In this document: positions 29,140 to 38,000 of the stretch, one piece after another
Position numbering within the stretch: the stretch's first letter is position 1
How the letters are laid out: each line of letters begins with the position of its first letter
From: Candidatus Micrarchaeota archaeon
GTDB lineage: Archaea > Micrarchaeota > Micrarchaeia > Anstonellales > JAHKLY01
Direction of reading: 5' to 3'
DNA: 64,000 nt
Assembly: GCA_020854825.1 (NCBI GenBank)
Contig: JAHKLY010000001.1
Span: 210,483-274,482, forward strand
The notes under the pieces: generated by a model
Seen by the model: the letters and a program-made list of their open reading frames with translations, nothing else
What the model was told of the DNA's origin: nothing
Database searches by the model: none
Position numbers and translations under genes: made by a program

Positions 29140-29631
29140 TTATGAGAAAGTTAATTCTTCAATAATTTTAACTGGTAATCTAAATTCTATCTCTAATTTG
29201 TATTTGGTAAAACCTAAACACCCACATCCAAACTCATCTGTTTTTGAAAAGAGTCCTCCTATTAATTGTATGCTGTTTTTTTCATCCCAAAGTTCTCTAA
29301 TAAATTGGGCAACATTTAACCACCCAGTTCTAGAAGGTTGGGGATCATATTCTATAGTTGGAATGACAATGGGATTAGAAATATAAAATCTAGATATTTC
29401 TTCAAGTGTATTTAGAACACTGTCTTCCTCTTCAAGAATAATCAGATAATTTTTTAATTTTCTTAATGTTTCTTGTAATCCTAATTCATAGCTACGATTT
29501 TTTTCATCATTTTTTTTAAAAAAGAAAGGATGAACTGCTACAGTTACTCCTCTTTTTTCAGAAATTAGTTTATCGTAGTCTGTTGTTGAATATATCCCCT
29601 GTTTTAATTTATATATTTGATCAATTGACAT
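29140..29631 (-). CDS. Hypothetical protein
   Basis: 163-aa ORF with TATA-like element upstream. Confidence 0.6.
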   Translation of the reverse strand: MSIDQIYKLKQGIYSTTDYDKLISEKRGVTVAVHPFFFKKNDEKNRSYELGLQETLRKLKNYLIILEEEDSVLNTLEEISRFYISNPIVIPTIEYDPQPSRTGWLNVAQFIRELWDEKNSIQLIGGLFSKTDEFGCGCLGFTKYKLEIEFRLPVKIIEELTFS

Positions 29632-29689
29632 GATATATTTATTTTTTCTTAGTTTAAAAACCTATTGTTTAATTAAATACCACGTATCT

Positions 29690-30046
29690 TTATGGATAAG
29701 TTATCTCATTTGCATAAACAGTAATTCCTTGATAATAGGATTTTGTTACTCCTATAACCTTTACAAAATCTTTTTCAGATAAAATTTTTAAAATTTCTAA
29801 ATCATTTTGACATATAACAGTTAAACAATTACCATCACATATTCTTAATGAAACAGTTTTTTCATTAAATGTTATTTTTTCTATTGTTCCTTGAAATTCA
29901 ATTAATGTATCTCTAGGAATTTTGTTAGTAGGTGTAGAATATAAAGAAATTTGAGTTGCAATTGTAGTATTTATAAATATAAATAATAATACAATTGATA
30001 AAACAGCAATTGAAAGTGCTAATAATATAATTTTTTTATTATCCAT
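29690..30046 (-). CDS. Membrane-anchored OB-fold protein
   Basis: N-terminal TM; FQGTIEKI...VKVIGVTKSYYQG pattern. Confidence 0.6.
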   Translation of the reverse strand: MDNKKIILLALSIAVLSIVLLFIFINTTIATQISLYSTPTNKIPRDTLIEFQGTIEKITFNEKTVSLRICDGNCLTVICQNDLEILKILSEKDFVKVIGVTKSYYQGITVYANEITYP

Positions 30047-30050
30047 TTAA

Positions 30051-30434
30051 TCATCTTATTAGATTTTCAAAAAGCATTGTATTTTCAGCAATTTTCCAAG
30101 AGACACTATATCCTTTTGGAGTTTTATTTAGTAAATGTAAGGGTATAAATCTCCAGCCTTTTCTTGAAACTCTCCATGCTACCATCGTAGTAATTCCAGT
30201 TATTTCTTCCCATTTTTTTAATCCATTTATTTGATCTGGTTTTAAAGATAAAGAAGTAGTATCCCAAGCTTTACATTCAAGTGCATATTGTTTTCCTTTT
30301 CTAAAAACTAGAATATCTGGAGATAATGAATTCCCTCCGGATCCGGCTGCGCGTATTACTTCAAAACCTTGTTCTGAAAACCATTTAATTAATTCTCTTT
30401 CAGCTCTTGCGCCTTTTCTATATTTGCTAACCAT
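30051..30434 (-). CDS. hjc: Holliday junction resolvase Hjc
   Basis: KGARAEREL, RAAGSG, PDI, ECK. Confidence 0.95.
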   Translation of the reverse strand: MVSKYRKGARAERELIKWFSEQGFEVIRAAGSGGNSLSPDILVFRKGKQYALECKAWDTTSLSLKPDQINGLKKWEEITGITTMVAWRVSRKGWRFIPLHLLNKTPKGYSVSWKIAENTMLFENLIR

Positions 30435-30537
30435 AATTTGATTTAAATTATGTAATTTTTAATATTATCTATTCCACAAAAAGACTTAAAGGACAAAAGA
30501 AGAGCGCTTTTAAATATTATCATTTATAGTATTTAAC

Positions 30538-31083
30538 ATGGAAACGCAAATCAAAGTGGGAGACTGTATGACTAAGGGAATCTTAGTTTTATCAACTTCC
30601 AGTAATGCTAAAGAAGCAGCAGAAGTTATGACAAATGCTAATGTTGGTAGTGTTATAGTTATGGATAAAGGAAAGGCAGTGGGTATAGTAACTGAAAGAG
30701 ATATTGTTAGAAAAGTAGTAGGAACAAATAAAGATCCTGCTAAAATAAAATTAAACAAAATAATGGGCCAACCTTTAAGAGTAATCAAAGCAGATACTTC
30801 AATTGGTGATGCTGCATTAGCAATGAGAAAATATAGAATAAAAAAACTTCCTGTTATTGATAAAAAAGCAATGGTCATAGGAATGATTACTGAAACAGAT
30901 ATTATTAGTGCTTATCCAGGATTAGTAGATGTATTAATTGAAGTTGCTTTACAAAATAGATTTACTGGCGGTGAAAGATTTAGTGGAGTTTGTGAACACT
31001 GCGGTGCGTATTCTGAACATTTAAAAAGAGTTGGTGGTTTTCTTCTTTGCAGTGAATGCAGAGAAAAGGATGAAATTGTATAA
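30538..31083 (+). CDS. CBS-pair protein with C-terminal Zn ribbon
   Basis: GIVTERDIV, GMITETDI, CEHCG...CSEC. Confidence 0.9.
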   Translation: METQIKVGDCMTKGILVLSTSSNAKEAAEVMTNANVGSVIVMDKGKAVGIVTERDIVRKVVGTNKDPAKIKLNKIMGQPLRVIKADTSIGDAALAMRKYRIKKLPVIDKKAMVIGMITETDIISAYPGLVDVLIEVALQNRFTGGERFSGVCEHCGAYSEHLKRVGGFLLCSECREKDEIV

Positions 31084-31192
31084 AGATACATTTATAAATA
31101 CAAAAAACCACAAGATAGATGTTAAAACATCAAAAAATTAATAAAATCACAACTTACTGCTCATTTATATCAAAAGCAGCAGAAAATAGTGA

Positions 31193-31462
31193 ATGTCAAT
31201 GGAAATAGAAGCAAAAGTAATAACCAATGCAAAGAAAGATAATATACAAATGGAAAATGGCAAACTTAAAATACGAATAGGTGAACAGCCATTAAAAGGA
31301 AAAGCAAATAAAGCAATTGAGAAATTGATAAAACAAGAAATAGGGTTTACTGTGCAAATTATTTCCGGGACAAAAGATCGCAATAAAGTATTGCAAATAG
31401 ATTGCAGTGAGCAGGAGTTAGTGAACAAAATAGGTGATATAAATGGGAAAAACATACATTGA
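31193..31462 (+). CDS. DUF167 (UPF0235) protein
   Basis: KVITNAK, PLKGKANK, IISGTKDRNK. Confidence 0.8.
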   Translation: MSMEIEAKVITNAKKDNIQMENGKLKIRIGEQPLKGKANKAIEKLIKQEIGFTVQIISGTKDRNKVLQIDCSEQELVNKIGDINGKNIH

Positions 31463-32693
31463 TACTTTGAAATATGTAGTTTATGCAGATTTAGAAATAC
31501 GCGGGCTTGTTGAAAAGCCGGATGTTGTTGGTGCTATTTTTGGTCAAACAGAAGGATTACTTGGTGATGAATTAGATTTAAGAGACCTTCAAAAAAATGG
31601 AAGAATTGGAAGAATTGAAGTAGAATTAAATGCAAAATCAGGTAAGACTACAGGAAACATAAAATTACCATCAAGCTTAGATATGGTTGAAACTTGTATC
31701 TTAGCTGCAGCTTTAGAAACAGTTGATAGGGTAGGACCATGCGAAGCATTTATTAAAGTTGAAAAAGTTGAAGATACAAGAAATCTTAAAAGAAAAACAA
31801 TTATTGATAGGGCAAAGAATTTACTTAGGAATTTACTCAATACTGAGATTCCTGAAAGTAAAGTTATTTCTGATACAGTTAGAAATGAAGTTAAAACCGC
31901 AGAGATAATTGAATATGGGAAAGACAGATTAGCAGCAGGACCAAATATTGATAAATTTGATTCAATAATTCTTGTAGAAGGCAGAGCAGATGTATTAAAT
32001 TTATTGAGAAGTGATATACCAAATGTTGTTGCTGTTGGTGGCGCAAAAATAAATGACACCATTATAAAATTAGGAAGAGAAAAAGAATTAACTGTATTTT
32101 TAGATGGAGACAGAGGAGGAGACATAATATTAACTCAATTAAAAGAAGTACTTGAGATAGATTTTGTCGCAAGAGCTCCAACTGGGAAAGAAGTAGAAGA
32201 ATTAACAAGAAAAGAGATAATTAAAGCATTAAGAAATAAACTTCCAGTAGAACAAGTAGATGCACACAAACCAAACGATACTAAAATGAATTATGAAAGA
32301 ACAGAAGAAGAAATTAAAAAACCTATGCGGTCCTCAACGTCTTCCCAATCAAGGTCTTCAAAGATTACAACAACTCCAGTTAAAAAATTTGAAAAACCAG
32401 ATTACAGTGATAAACCCCCAAAGGAATTAGAGGATAGTTTAAAGCATCTTGAAAATACTTTGAAAGCTAAATTCTATGACAAAACATATGCTCAGATAAA
32501 AGAATTACCTGTAAGAGATGTTATTAAAACATTAGAAAACGAAAAAGAAGTAGAAGCAGTAGTTTTTGATGGGATTGTAACACAAAGATTAGTTGATTTA
32601 GCAGAATCTCAAGGAGTTAAATATTTAATAGGGATAAAAGCAGGAAATATATTTAAAAAACCAGAGAATTTAGTAATAATTACAAAGGATTAG
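31443..32693 (+). CDS. dnaG: Archaeal DnaG (exosome-associated, TOPRIM)
   Basis: VVGAIFGQTEGLLG, VEGRADV, DGDRGG, FDGIVTQRL. Confidence 0.96.
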   Translation: MGKTYIDTLKYVVYADLEIRGLVEKPDVVGAIFGQTEGLLGDELDLRDLQKNGRIGRIEVELNAKSGKTTGNIKLPSSLDMVETCILAAALETVDRVGPCEAFIKVEKVEDTRNLKRKTIIDRAKNLLRNLLNTEIPESKVISDTVRNEVKTAEIIEYGKDRLAAGPNIDKFDSIILVEGRADVLNLLRSDIPNVVAVGGAKINDTIIKLGREKELTVFLDGDRGGDIILTQLKEVLEIDFVARAPTGKEVEELTRKEIIKALRNKLPVEQVDAHKPNDTKMNYERTEEEIKKPMRSSTSSQSRSSKITTTPVKKFEKPDYSDKPPKELEDSLKHLENTLKAKFYDKTYAQIKELPVRDVIKTLENEKEVEAVVFDGIVTQRLVDLAESQGVKYLIGIKAGNIFKKPENLVIITKD

Positions 32694-32739
32694 TTTCCTT
32701 TCCTTTTATTTTTTAAATATTCGTATTCTATATTATCAA

Positions 32740-33522
32740 ATGGATTTCTTAACTGCGATAATTCTAGGTATAATTCAAGGAATAACTGAATGGCTACCTA
32801 TAAGTTCTTCTGCGATGGTTACTTTAGCTGGAAAATTAATTTTTAATTTTAATTATTCAGAAGCATTAGGTAATGCGATTTGGCTGCATGGGGGTACTTC
32901 ATTAGCAGCCATAATTTATTTTAGAAATGAAATAATCAATCTTTTCAAAAGCATTTATAAAAAAGATAGAAGCAAAGATTTATTGGTTTTTTTAAGTATA
33001 ACAACACTTTTTAGTTTTATAATCGCAGGGATATTAAGTTTATTTTTATTTTCAATTCATATTCCTGAAGTAATTTTTACATTATTTATTGGATTTTTTT
33101 TATTAATAATTGCGTTTTTACATAAAAATAGAAAAGAATCTAAAATAGAAGAAGCACTAACAAAAACAAAAGCAACAGTGGTGGGGGTATTGCAAGGAGT
33201 ATCAGTTTTACCTGGGATAAGTAGATCTGGAGTTACAGTTTCTGTGTTATTAATTCAAAATTTTTCTTTGAAAAGTTCATTTAAATTAAGTTTTTTAATG
33301 AGTATCCCTGCAACATTAGGTGCATCTATTTTTCTTCCATTACTAAAACAAGATTTTGTTATAACTGGGCCTTTAGTTTTAGGAGGAATTGTTGCATTTA
33401 TAACTGGGTTGTTAACTATAAGAATGTTGATGACTTTTGCTGAAAAAGTTAATTTTTATAAAGCAACATTTATTTTAGGTTTAGTTGTTGTATTATTAGG
33501 TTTATTTCAATTGTTTTTCTGA
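32740..33522 (+). CDS. uppP: Undecaprenyl-diphosphate phosphatase family
   Basis: QGITEWLPISSS, LPGISRSG, SFLMSIP. Confidence 0.9.
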   Translation: MDFLTAIILGIIQGITEWLPISSSAMVTLAGKLIFNFNYSEALGNAIWLHGGTSLAAIIYFRNEIINLFKSIYKKDRSKDLLVFLSITTLFSFIIAGILSLFLFSIHIPEVIFTLFIGFFLLIIAFLHKNRKESKIEEALTKTKATVVGVLQGVSVLPGISRSGVTVSVLLIQNFSLKSSFKLSFLMSIPATLGASIFLPLLKQDFVITGPLVLGGIVAFITGLLTIRMLMTFAEKVNFYKATFILGLVVVLLGLFQLFF

Positions 33523-33563
33523 GTTTCAGAAGCTTTTTAAAGGGTGACTACCTTAATTAATCT

Positions 33564-34022
33564 ATGTTGGTAATCCTTGTTGAGGGTAAAGGACCTAAAA
33601 TACGTTCAAATAAATCGGATATAGTATTCAAATTATTGCGAGCATATTTTGGAAAATCGCTTGAAAAACATAAACTCGAATTAATATTAGAAAAATATAA
33701 TAAAGGAATGTTAAAATCTTCTAAAAAATATAAGGTTGATAAATTAATATTAATAGTTAATCCATTAGAATATGCAGAAGATGGTGCAACTTTTGAAATC
33801 ATATTTGAAGGTAAGATGAATCTCAAAAAATTACTTGAAGAAGCATTTATTTTACAAGGATTTAGAGACAATATAAAAGATCATTATAAAATGGATAAAA
33901 TTAAAAAATTAATATTTACTACTGAAGTAAGGTTGCATATAGATTCGTTTGATGAAACGAAAATAAAAAAGAGTAGTTTAAGGGATATTAAAGAAGTCGC
34001 GATGACATATTATGATATTTAA
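33564..34022 (+). CDS. Hypothetical protein
   Basis: 152-aa ORF co-oriented with its neighbours. Confidence 0.55.
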   Translation: MLVILVEGKGPKIRSNKSDIVFKLLRAYFGKSLEKHKLELILEKYNKGMLKSSKKYKVDKLILIVNPLEYAEDGATFEIIFEGKMNLKKLLEEAFILQGFRDNIKDHYKMDKIKKLIFTTEVRLHIDSFDETKIKKSSLRDIKEVAMTYYDI

Positions 34023-34031
34023 GTGATAAAT

Positions 34032-34559
34032 ATGGCATTTAAAAATGAGATCCAATTTAAACATAAAAGTGATTCATATACATTAACTCAAGTAATTAAT
34101 ATGTTAAACTCATTAGGATATACTAGTGATAAGTTATCAAGAGATGAAAAAGCAGGCATAATTTTAGGAGAAGGGATAAAAGAGATGATACAACAATTTA
34201 ATAGAGATTTTGATATTAAAGATCAAAGTGGAAATTTAACTGATTTTGTTTTAAGTAAGATTATAGAAGCAGGTAAAATAATTAAAGCACAAAGTCAATT
34301 AAAAACTTTAAATTATTTTAAAGGAGAACCAAATGGGATGTTAGATGAAGAAACAGAATTAGCTATAAATAAATTTAAAGTGGATAATAACATCTCAAAA
34401 ATTGACGGGAAATTAGATAAAGAAACAATAAACTTATTAGATGAAAAAATAGATGTTTTAATGTCTTTAAAAGGGTATGTTCCAGTTAAGATAGATAATT
34501 CTGAATTTACTAATTTTTATTATGTAGATCAAGATGGGACATTGACTGTTTCAAGATAA
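34032..34559 (+). CDS. Peptidoglycan-binding (PG_binding_1-like) domain protein
   Basis: AQSQLKTLNYFKGEPNGMLDEETELAINKFKVDNNISKIDGKLDKET, plus a degenerate N-terminal copy (MLNSLGY...GILGEGIKEMIQQFNRD). Confidence 0.75.
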   Translation: MAFKNEIQFKHKSDSYTLTQVINMLNSLGYTSDKLSRDEKAGIILGEGIKEMIQQFNRDFDIKDQSGNLTDFVLSKIIEAGKIIKAQSQLKTLNYFKGEPNGMLDEETELAINKFKVDNNISKIDGKLDKETINLLDEKIDVLMSLKGYVPVKIDNSEFTNFYYVDQDGTLTVSR

Positions 34560-34560
34560 A

Positions 34561-34752
34561 TGGGCCCGCCCGGATTGTCAGCTTGCTGGTAAATTTTGTT
34601 TCTGCAATTCTTTTGAACCGGGGACCTTCTGCATTTTGAACTTTTTTTGGTGCAGCTTTTTAGGATGACCAAAAAAGGTGCGTCAAGCAGACGTCTTAAC
34701 CATTATCCACTTTCTAATACTTTGATATTAAAAAGTTCTGGACCACGGGCCC
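34561..34752 (-). tRNA. tRNA-Val(GAC) with three introns (15/16, 37/38, about 59/60)
   Basis: Exons 34752-34738, 34702-34681, 34633-34612 and 34574-34561; acceptor GGGCCCG/CGGGCCC; BHB helices GTCC/GGAT and TTGA/TCAA; introns 35, 47 and 37 nt. Confidence 0.92.
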
Positions 34753-34794
34753 TTTATAGAAATATTTAAGTTGCATTACCTTTTTAAGAGTTGT

Positions 34795-36189
34795 TTATAA
34801 TATTTCTCTGCCTGTTTGGTTCTTTTTAAAAGCAAAATCGCTCATTTCTGTTGAATACCAATTAGAATGTTTGATGCTTAGTTGTTCTTCAATTGTTTTA
34901 TTTTCTTCTATAGCTTTTTTAACATGTGTTTTATCTATTAGTTCTGCATCTTCAGAAACTGCAATATCTCCTGCCATTCTAATTATCCCATTAAGTATCC
35001 TAAATCTAAGTGAATATCCATTTTCATTATCAATTTTTTTAGCTAATTCTTTTGATTTTTCAATTATAATTTCTGCTGCGTCTAAATTCATATCTGGTAT
35101 TTTTCCATCTTTTTTTATTTCTTGAGCAATGAATTGAAATAGTTTTTTCTTATTTTCTTCGTTTTCTTCCATAACTGTATCAAAAAGAATTTCATACCCT
35201 TGGCCTCGAATTCTGTTTCTTAATGCAGGAAGAATGTTAGGTAAATCATTAATATTTGCGGATGCAATTAAAATAAAATCACAAGGCACATTTTCCACCT
35301 TTATTGATGCTCCTGAACTTGTTGGGTTTTTACTTGTAATTGAAAATTTTTTATCCTGCATAGCAGTCAACAAATATCTTTGGATTTCTCCTAAGGATGA
35401 TAATTCATCTAAATATAATACTCCTTCATGTGCTTCATGCACCGCGCCTGGTAGAACTCTTAAATAAGAAGGAGTACCAATTTTTTTATGATTTCCATAG
35501 GGATCATGTTGTATATCTCCTAAAAGTTCAGTTTCGCTTGCTCCAATTGCTTGTACAAACGGATTTCTATCTAATGGAATAAGTGTTTTTTCTTTTAACT
35601 TTAATTCTATTTCCTTTACTTTTTTTTCTTCTTTTTCCGTCAAGCTTAAAATTCTATTTCCTTCTCTTTTGAATATAATTCTTTCCTCCTTTCCATTTGT
35701 TATTCGTGTTGAATCAATACTGTCTTTTCTTGTTGTTTTTAACCCTAGGATGTCATGAGCTAGTTGGTATTTTTGAGCACCACAATATGGACAAACCCAT
35801 TCTTCTGCGTTACTTAATTTTGAACATCTTTTACATTTAAATCCAAGCGCTTCAGATACAAAATAAGGAACATAAATAGGATCAATGTAAGTTCCCACTT
35901 TTTCTTTTTTCTTATTTTTTTTGATTTCTGTTATAGTTTTAATTTTTATTAATGGTTTGTTTTCGTTTTTTTCATTATGTGTAACTACTATCTCTTCTTT
36001 TGGTTTTGGTATTAGGTTAGAAATAGATTGTGCTATCATTGATTTACCTGTTCCGGGGGGGCCAATTAGTAATAAATGTCTTTTTTGCTTTACACAAATT
36101 TTTGCATAATTTACAGCTCTTTCTTGTCCAATAACTGTATCTATTGGATTTTTAGGAATCAAAATATCTTTAGTAGTTTCACAACCCAT
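34795..36189 (-). CDS. Lon-related AAA+ ATPase with Zn-ribbon insert, lacking the protease domain
   Basis: VIGQE, GPPGTGKS, CKRC/CPYC, LLGDIQHDPYG, PGAVHEAHEGVLYLDE, LRNRIRGQGYE; ends without an S16 domain. Confidence 0.85.
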   Translation of the reverse strand: MGCETTKDILIPKNPIDTVIGQERAVNYAKICVKQKRHLLLIGPPGTGKSMIAQSISNLIPKPKEEIVVTHNEKNENKPLIKIKTITEIKKNKKKEKVGTYIDPIYVPYFVSEALGFKCKRCSKLSNAEEWVCPYCGAQKYQLAHDILGLKTTRKDSIDSTRITNGKEERIIFKREGNRILSLTEKEEKKVKEIELKLKEKTLIPLDRNPFVQAIGASETELLGDIQHDPYGNHKKIGTPSYLRVLPGAVHEAHEGVLYLDELSSLGEIQRYLLTAMQDKKFSITSKNPTSSGASIKVENVPCDFILIASANINDLPNILPALRNRIRGQGYEILFDTVMEENEENKKKLFQFIAQEIKKDGKIPDMNLDAAEIIIEKSKELAKKIDNENGYSLRFRILNGIIRMAGDIAVSEDAELIDKTHVKKAIEENKTIEEQLSIKHSNWYSTEMSDFAFKKNQTGREIL

Positions 36190-36212
36190 ATTAAAATTAC
36201 ATAAAATAAGCT

Positions 36213-37466
36213 TTAAACACTTTCTCCTATTAAACAACTTTGAGTATAATCAGTAATTTTTATTTTAAGAATTTTACCTATGTTTAAATTTTTAGTTTTA
36301 ACTGCGATTTGTTTGTAATTAATATCTCTGCCTGTCCATGTTTTTTGTTTTTCTGTTATTAAAATTTCACAAATTTTATTTTTTTGTTGTTTGTTTTTTT
36401 CTAAAGATATATTACTAAATAATTCGCTGGTTTTTTTAGTTCTTTTTTTAATTATATGATTATCCAACTGTTTCATATTTTTAGCAGGAGTTCCTGGTCT
36501 AGGAGTAAATCTTGAAATATTTAATACTTCAAATTTAAATTCTTTAATTAAATTTAATGTTTCTTGAAAATCTTTTTCTGTTTCAGTAGGAAAACCGATA
36601 ATTACATCTGTTGCAATTGTCATATTGGGAATTTTTTTTTTAAATTTTTTCCATATTTTTTTATATTCCTGAAGGGTATAATATCTATTCATACTCTTTA
36701 GTATTTTATTACTCCCAGATTGTAAAGGAATGTGTAAAAATTTATACATTTTTTTATTTTTATAAATTTCAATAAGTTCATCTAAAAAAGTATAAACATG
36801 ATTTGGATTAATCATTCCTAATCTAATATAATAATCTCCTTTAATCTTTAAAATTTCATTCAATAGTTCAATTAGATTTGTGTTAATATCAATACCATAA
36901 GCACCAGTATCTTGTGCTGTTAATTGAATTTCTTTTGCCCCGTGTTTTACTGCTTTTTCAACTTCTAATTTTATTTTTCTTATTGTATAACTTTTTAATT
37001 TTCCTCTTGCTAAATGTGTTTCACAATATGTACAATTTCCTAAACATCCTTCTGCAAGAGGAACTGATGCAATAATCCCCGAATAAATAGTTGGTAATTC
37101 AGATTTATCATATTTTTTGATATTGGTATATTTTTTTCCTTTTAATGCATTAGTGCATGCAGTATATATTTTAGAAATAGAACTTGTTGATAATATAGGG
37201 ATATTTGGATATTTTTCTCTAATTAAAGGTTCTCTTAAATATAAACATCCTGTTAAAACAGCAGGTTTTTTTTCTTTGTATAAATCTTGTATTTTTTTTA
37301 AAATTCTATTTTCAGTTTGATGTTTAACAGTGCAAGAATTAAGTATTATTACGTTTGCATTTTTCTCATTAGTTTCTTTACAATTTTTAGAATTTAGGAT
37401 TGCTCGCATTTTATTTGAATCTGTTTTATTTAACGTACATCCATAAGTGATTATATGATATTTCAT
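36213..37466 (-). CDS. mtaB: tRNA t6A methylthiotransferase (MtaB/CDKAL1-like radical SAM)
   Basis: TYGCTLN, NSCTVK, GCLGNCTYC, AQDTGAYG, QSGS, GFPTET, FTPRPGT. Confidence 0.9.
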   Translation of the reverse strand: MKYHIITYGCTLNKTDSNKMRAILNSKNCKETNEKNANVIILNSCTVKHQTENRILKKIQDLYKEKKPAVLTGCLYLREPLIREKYPNIPILSTSSISKIYTACTNALKGKKYTNIKKYDKSELPTIYSGIIASVPLAEGCLGNCTYCETHLARGKLKSYTIRKIKLEVEKAVKHGAKEIQLTAQDTGAYGIDINTNLIELLNEILKIKGDYYIRLGMINPNHVYTFLDELIEIYKNKKMYKFLHIPLQSGSNKILKSMNRYYTLQEYKKIWKKFKKKIPNMTIATDVIIGFPTETEKDFQETLNLIKEFKFEVLNISRFTPRPGTPAKNMKQLDNHIIKKRTKKTSELFSNISLEKNKQQKNKICEILITEKQKTWTGRDINYKQIAVKTKNLNIGKILKIKITDYTQSCLIGESV

Positions 37467-37489
37467 AATTAAAATAAGAAACACACAAT

Positions 37490-37912
37490 TTATATTAGTT
37501 GGTCAAATTCATGTAGGTCTGCATTTATTTTAGTAAATAATCTTTCTTTTTCTTCTTTTTCAAAATACCTATCAATTAATCTTCTAATATTAAAATAGAT
37601 AAAATGTGCTAATGTGTCTCTTTTTACTTGTATATTTTCAGGCCATAAATTTGAATTTTCTGCAAAACAAGGAAAAACTTCATAAGCTAAATACTCTAAT
37701 AATTGTTTTTTATATTCTAATCCTTCTGTTTTTTCTATTATTCTATCAATTTCTTCTAAATTTTCTAAACCTTTAAAACAAAAGTCTTGAATTGTCTTGA
37801 ATATCTCTTGTTTTTCAGGATCTCTAGTATTTGTTTTAGAGACAGGAAATTCAATGGTTCTTTTAATTCCCTTTTCTGTTAATTTTACAGGTAATACTTT
37901 TGGTGTTGGCAT
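37490..37912 (-). CDS. Hypothetical protein divergent from the GGDEF gene
   Basis: Likely start ATG 37912 with TTTATAAA at 37935-37942; the longer ORF overlaps the GGDEF gene antisense. Confidence 0.55.
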   Translation of the reverse strand: MPTPKVLPVKLTEKGIKRTIEFPVSKTNTRDPEKQEIFKTIQDFCFKGLENLEEIDRIIEKTEGLEYKKQLLEYLAYEVFPCFAENSNLWPENIQVKRDTLAHFIYFNIRRLIDRYFEKEEKERLFTKINADLHEFDQLI

Positions 37913-38000
37913 GTTTATTTTGTGTTTTTCTGTCTTTATAAATGTTTTTATTGAATACTCAACAGAAAGGTTTAAAAATGAAAAACACAGCAACTGATAC

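Noticed and set aside
28335-29165. 276-aa plus-strand ORF and the many other short antisense ORFs
   Set aside because: Shadows of well-supported opposite-strand genes with no recognisable motifs
16226-34752. Split or permuted tRNAs
   Set aside because: All exons are colinear and contiguous on one strand; cis introns explain them
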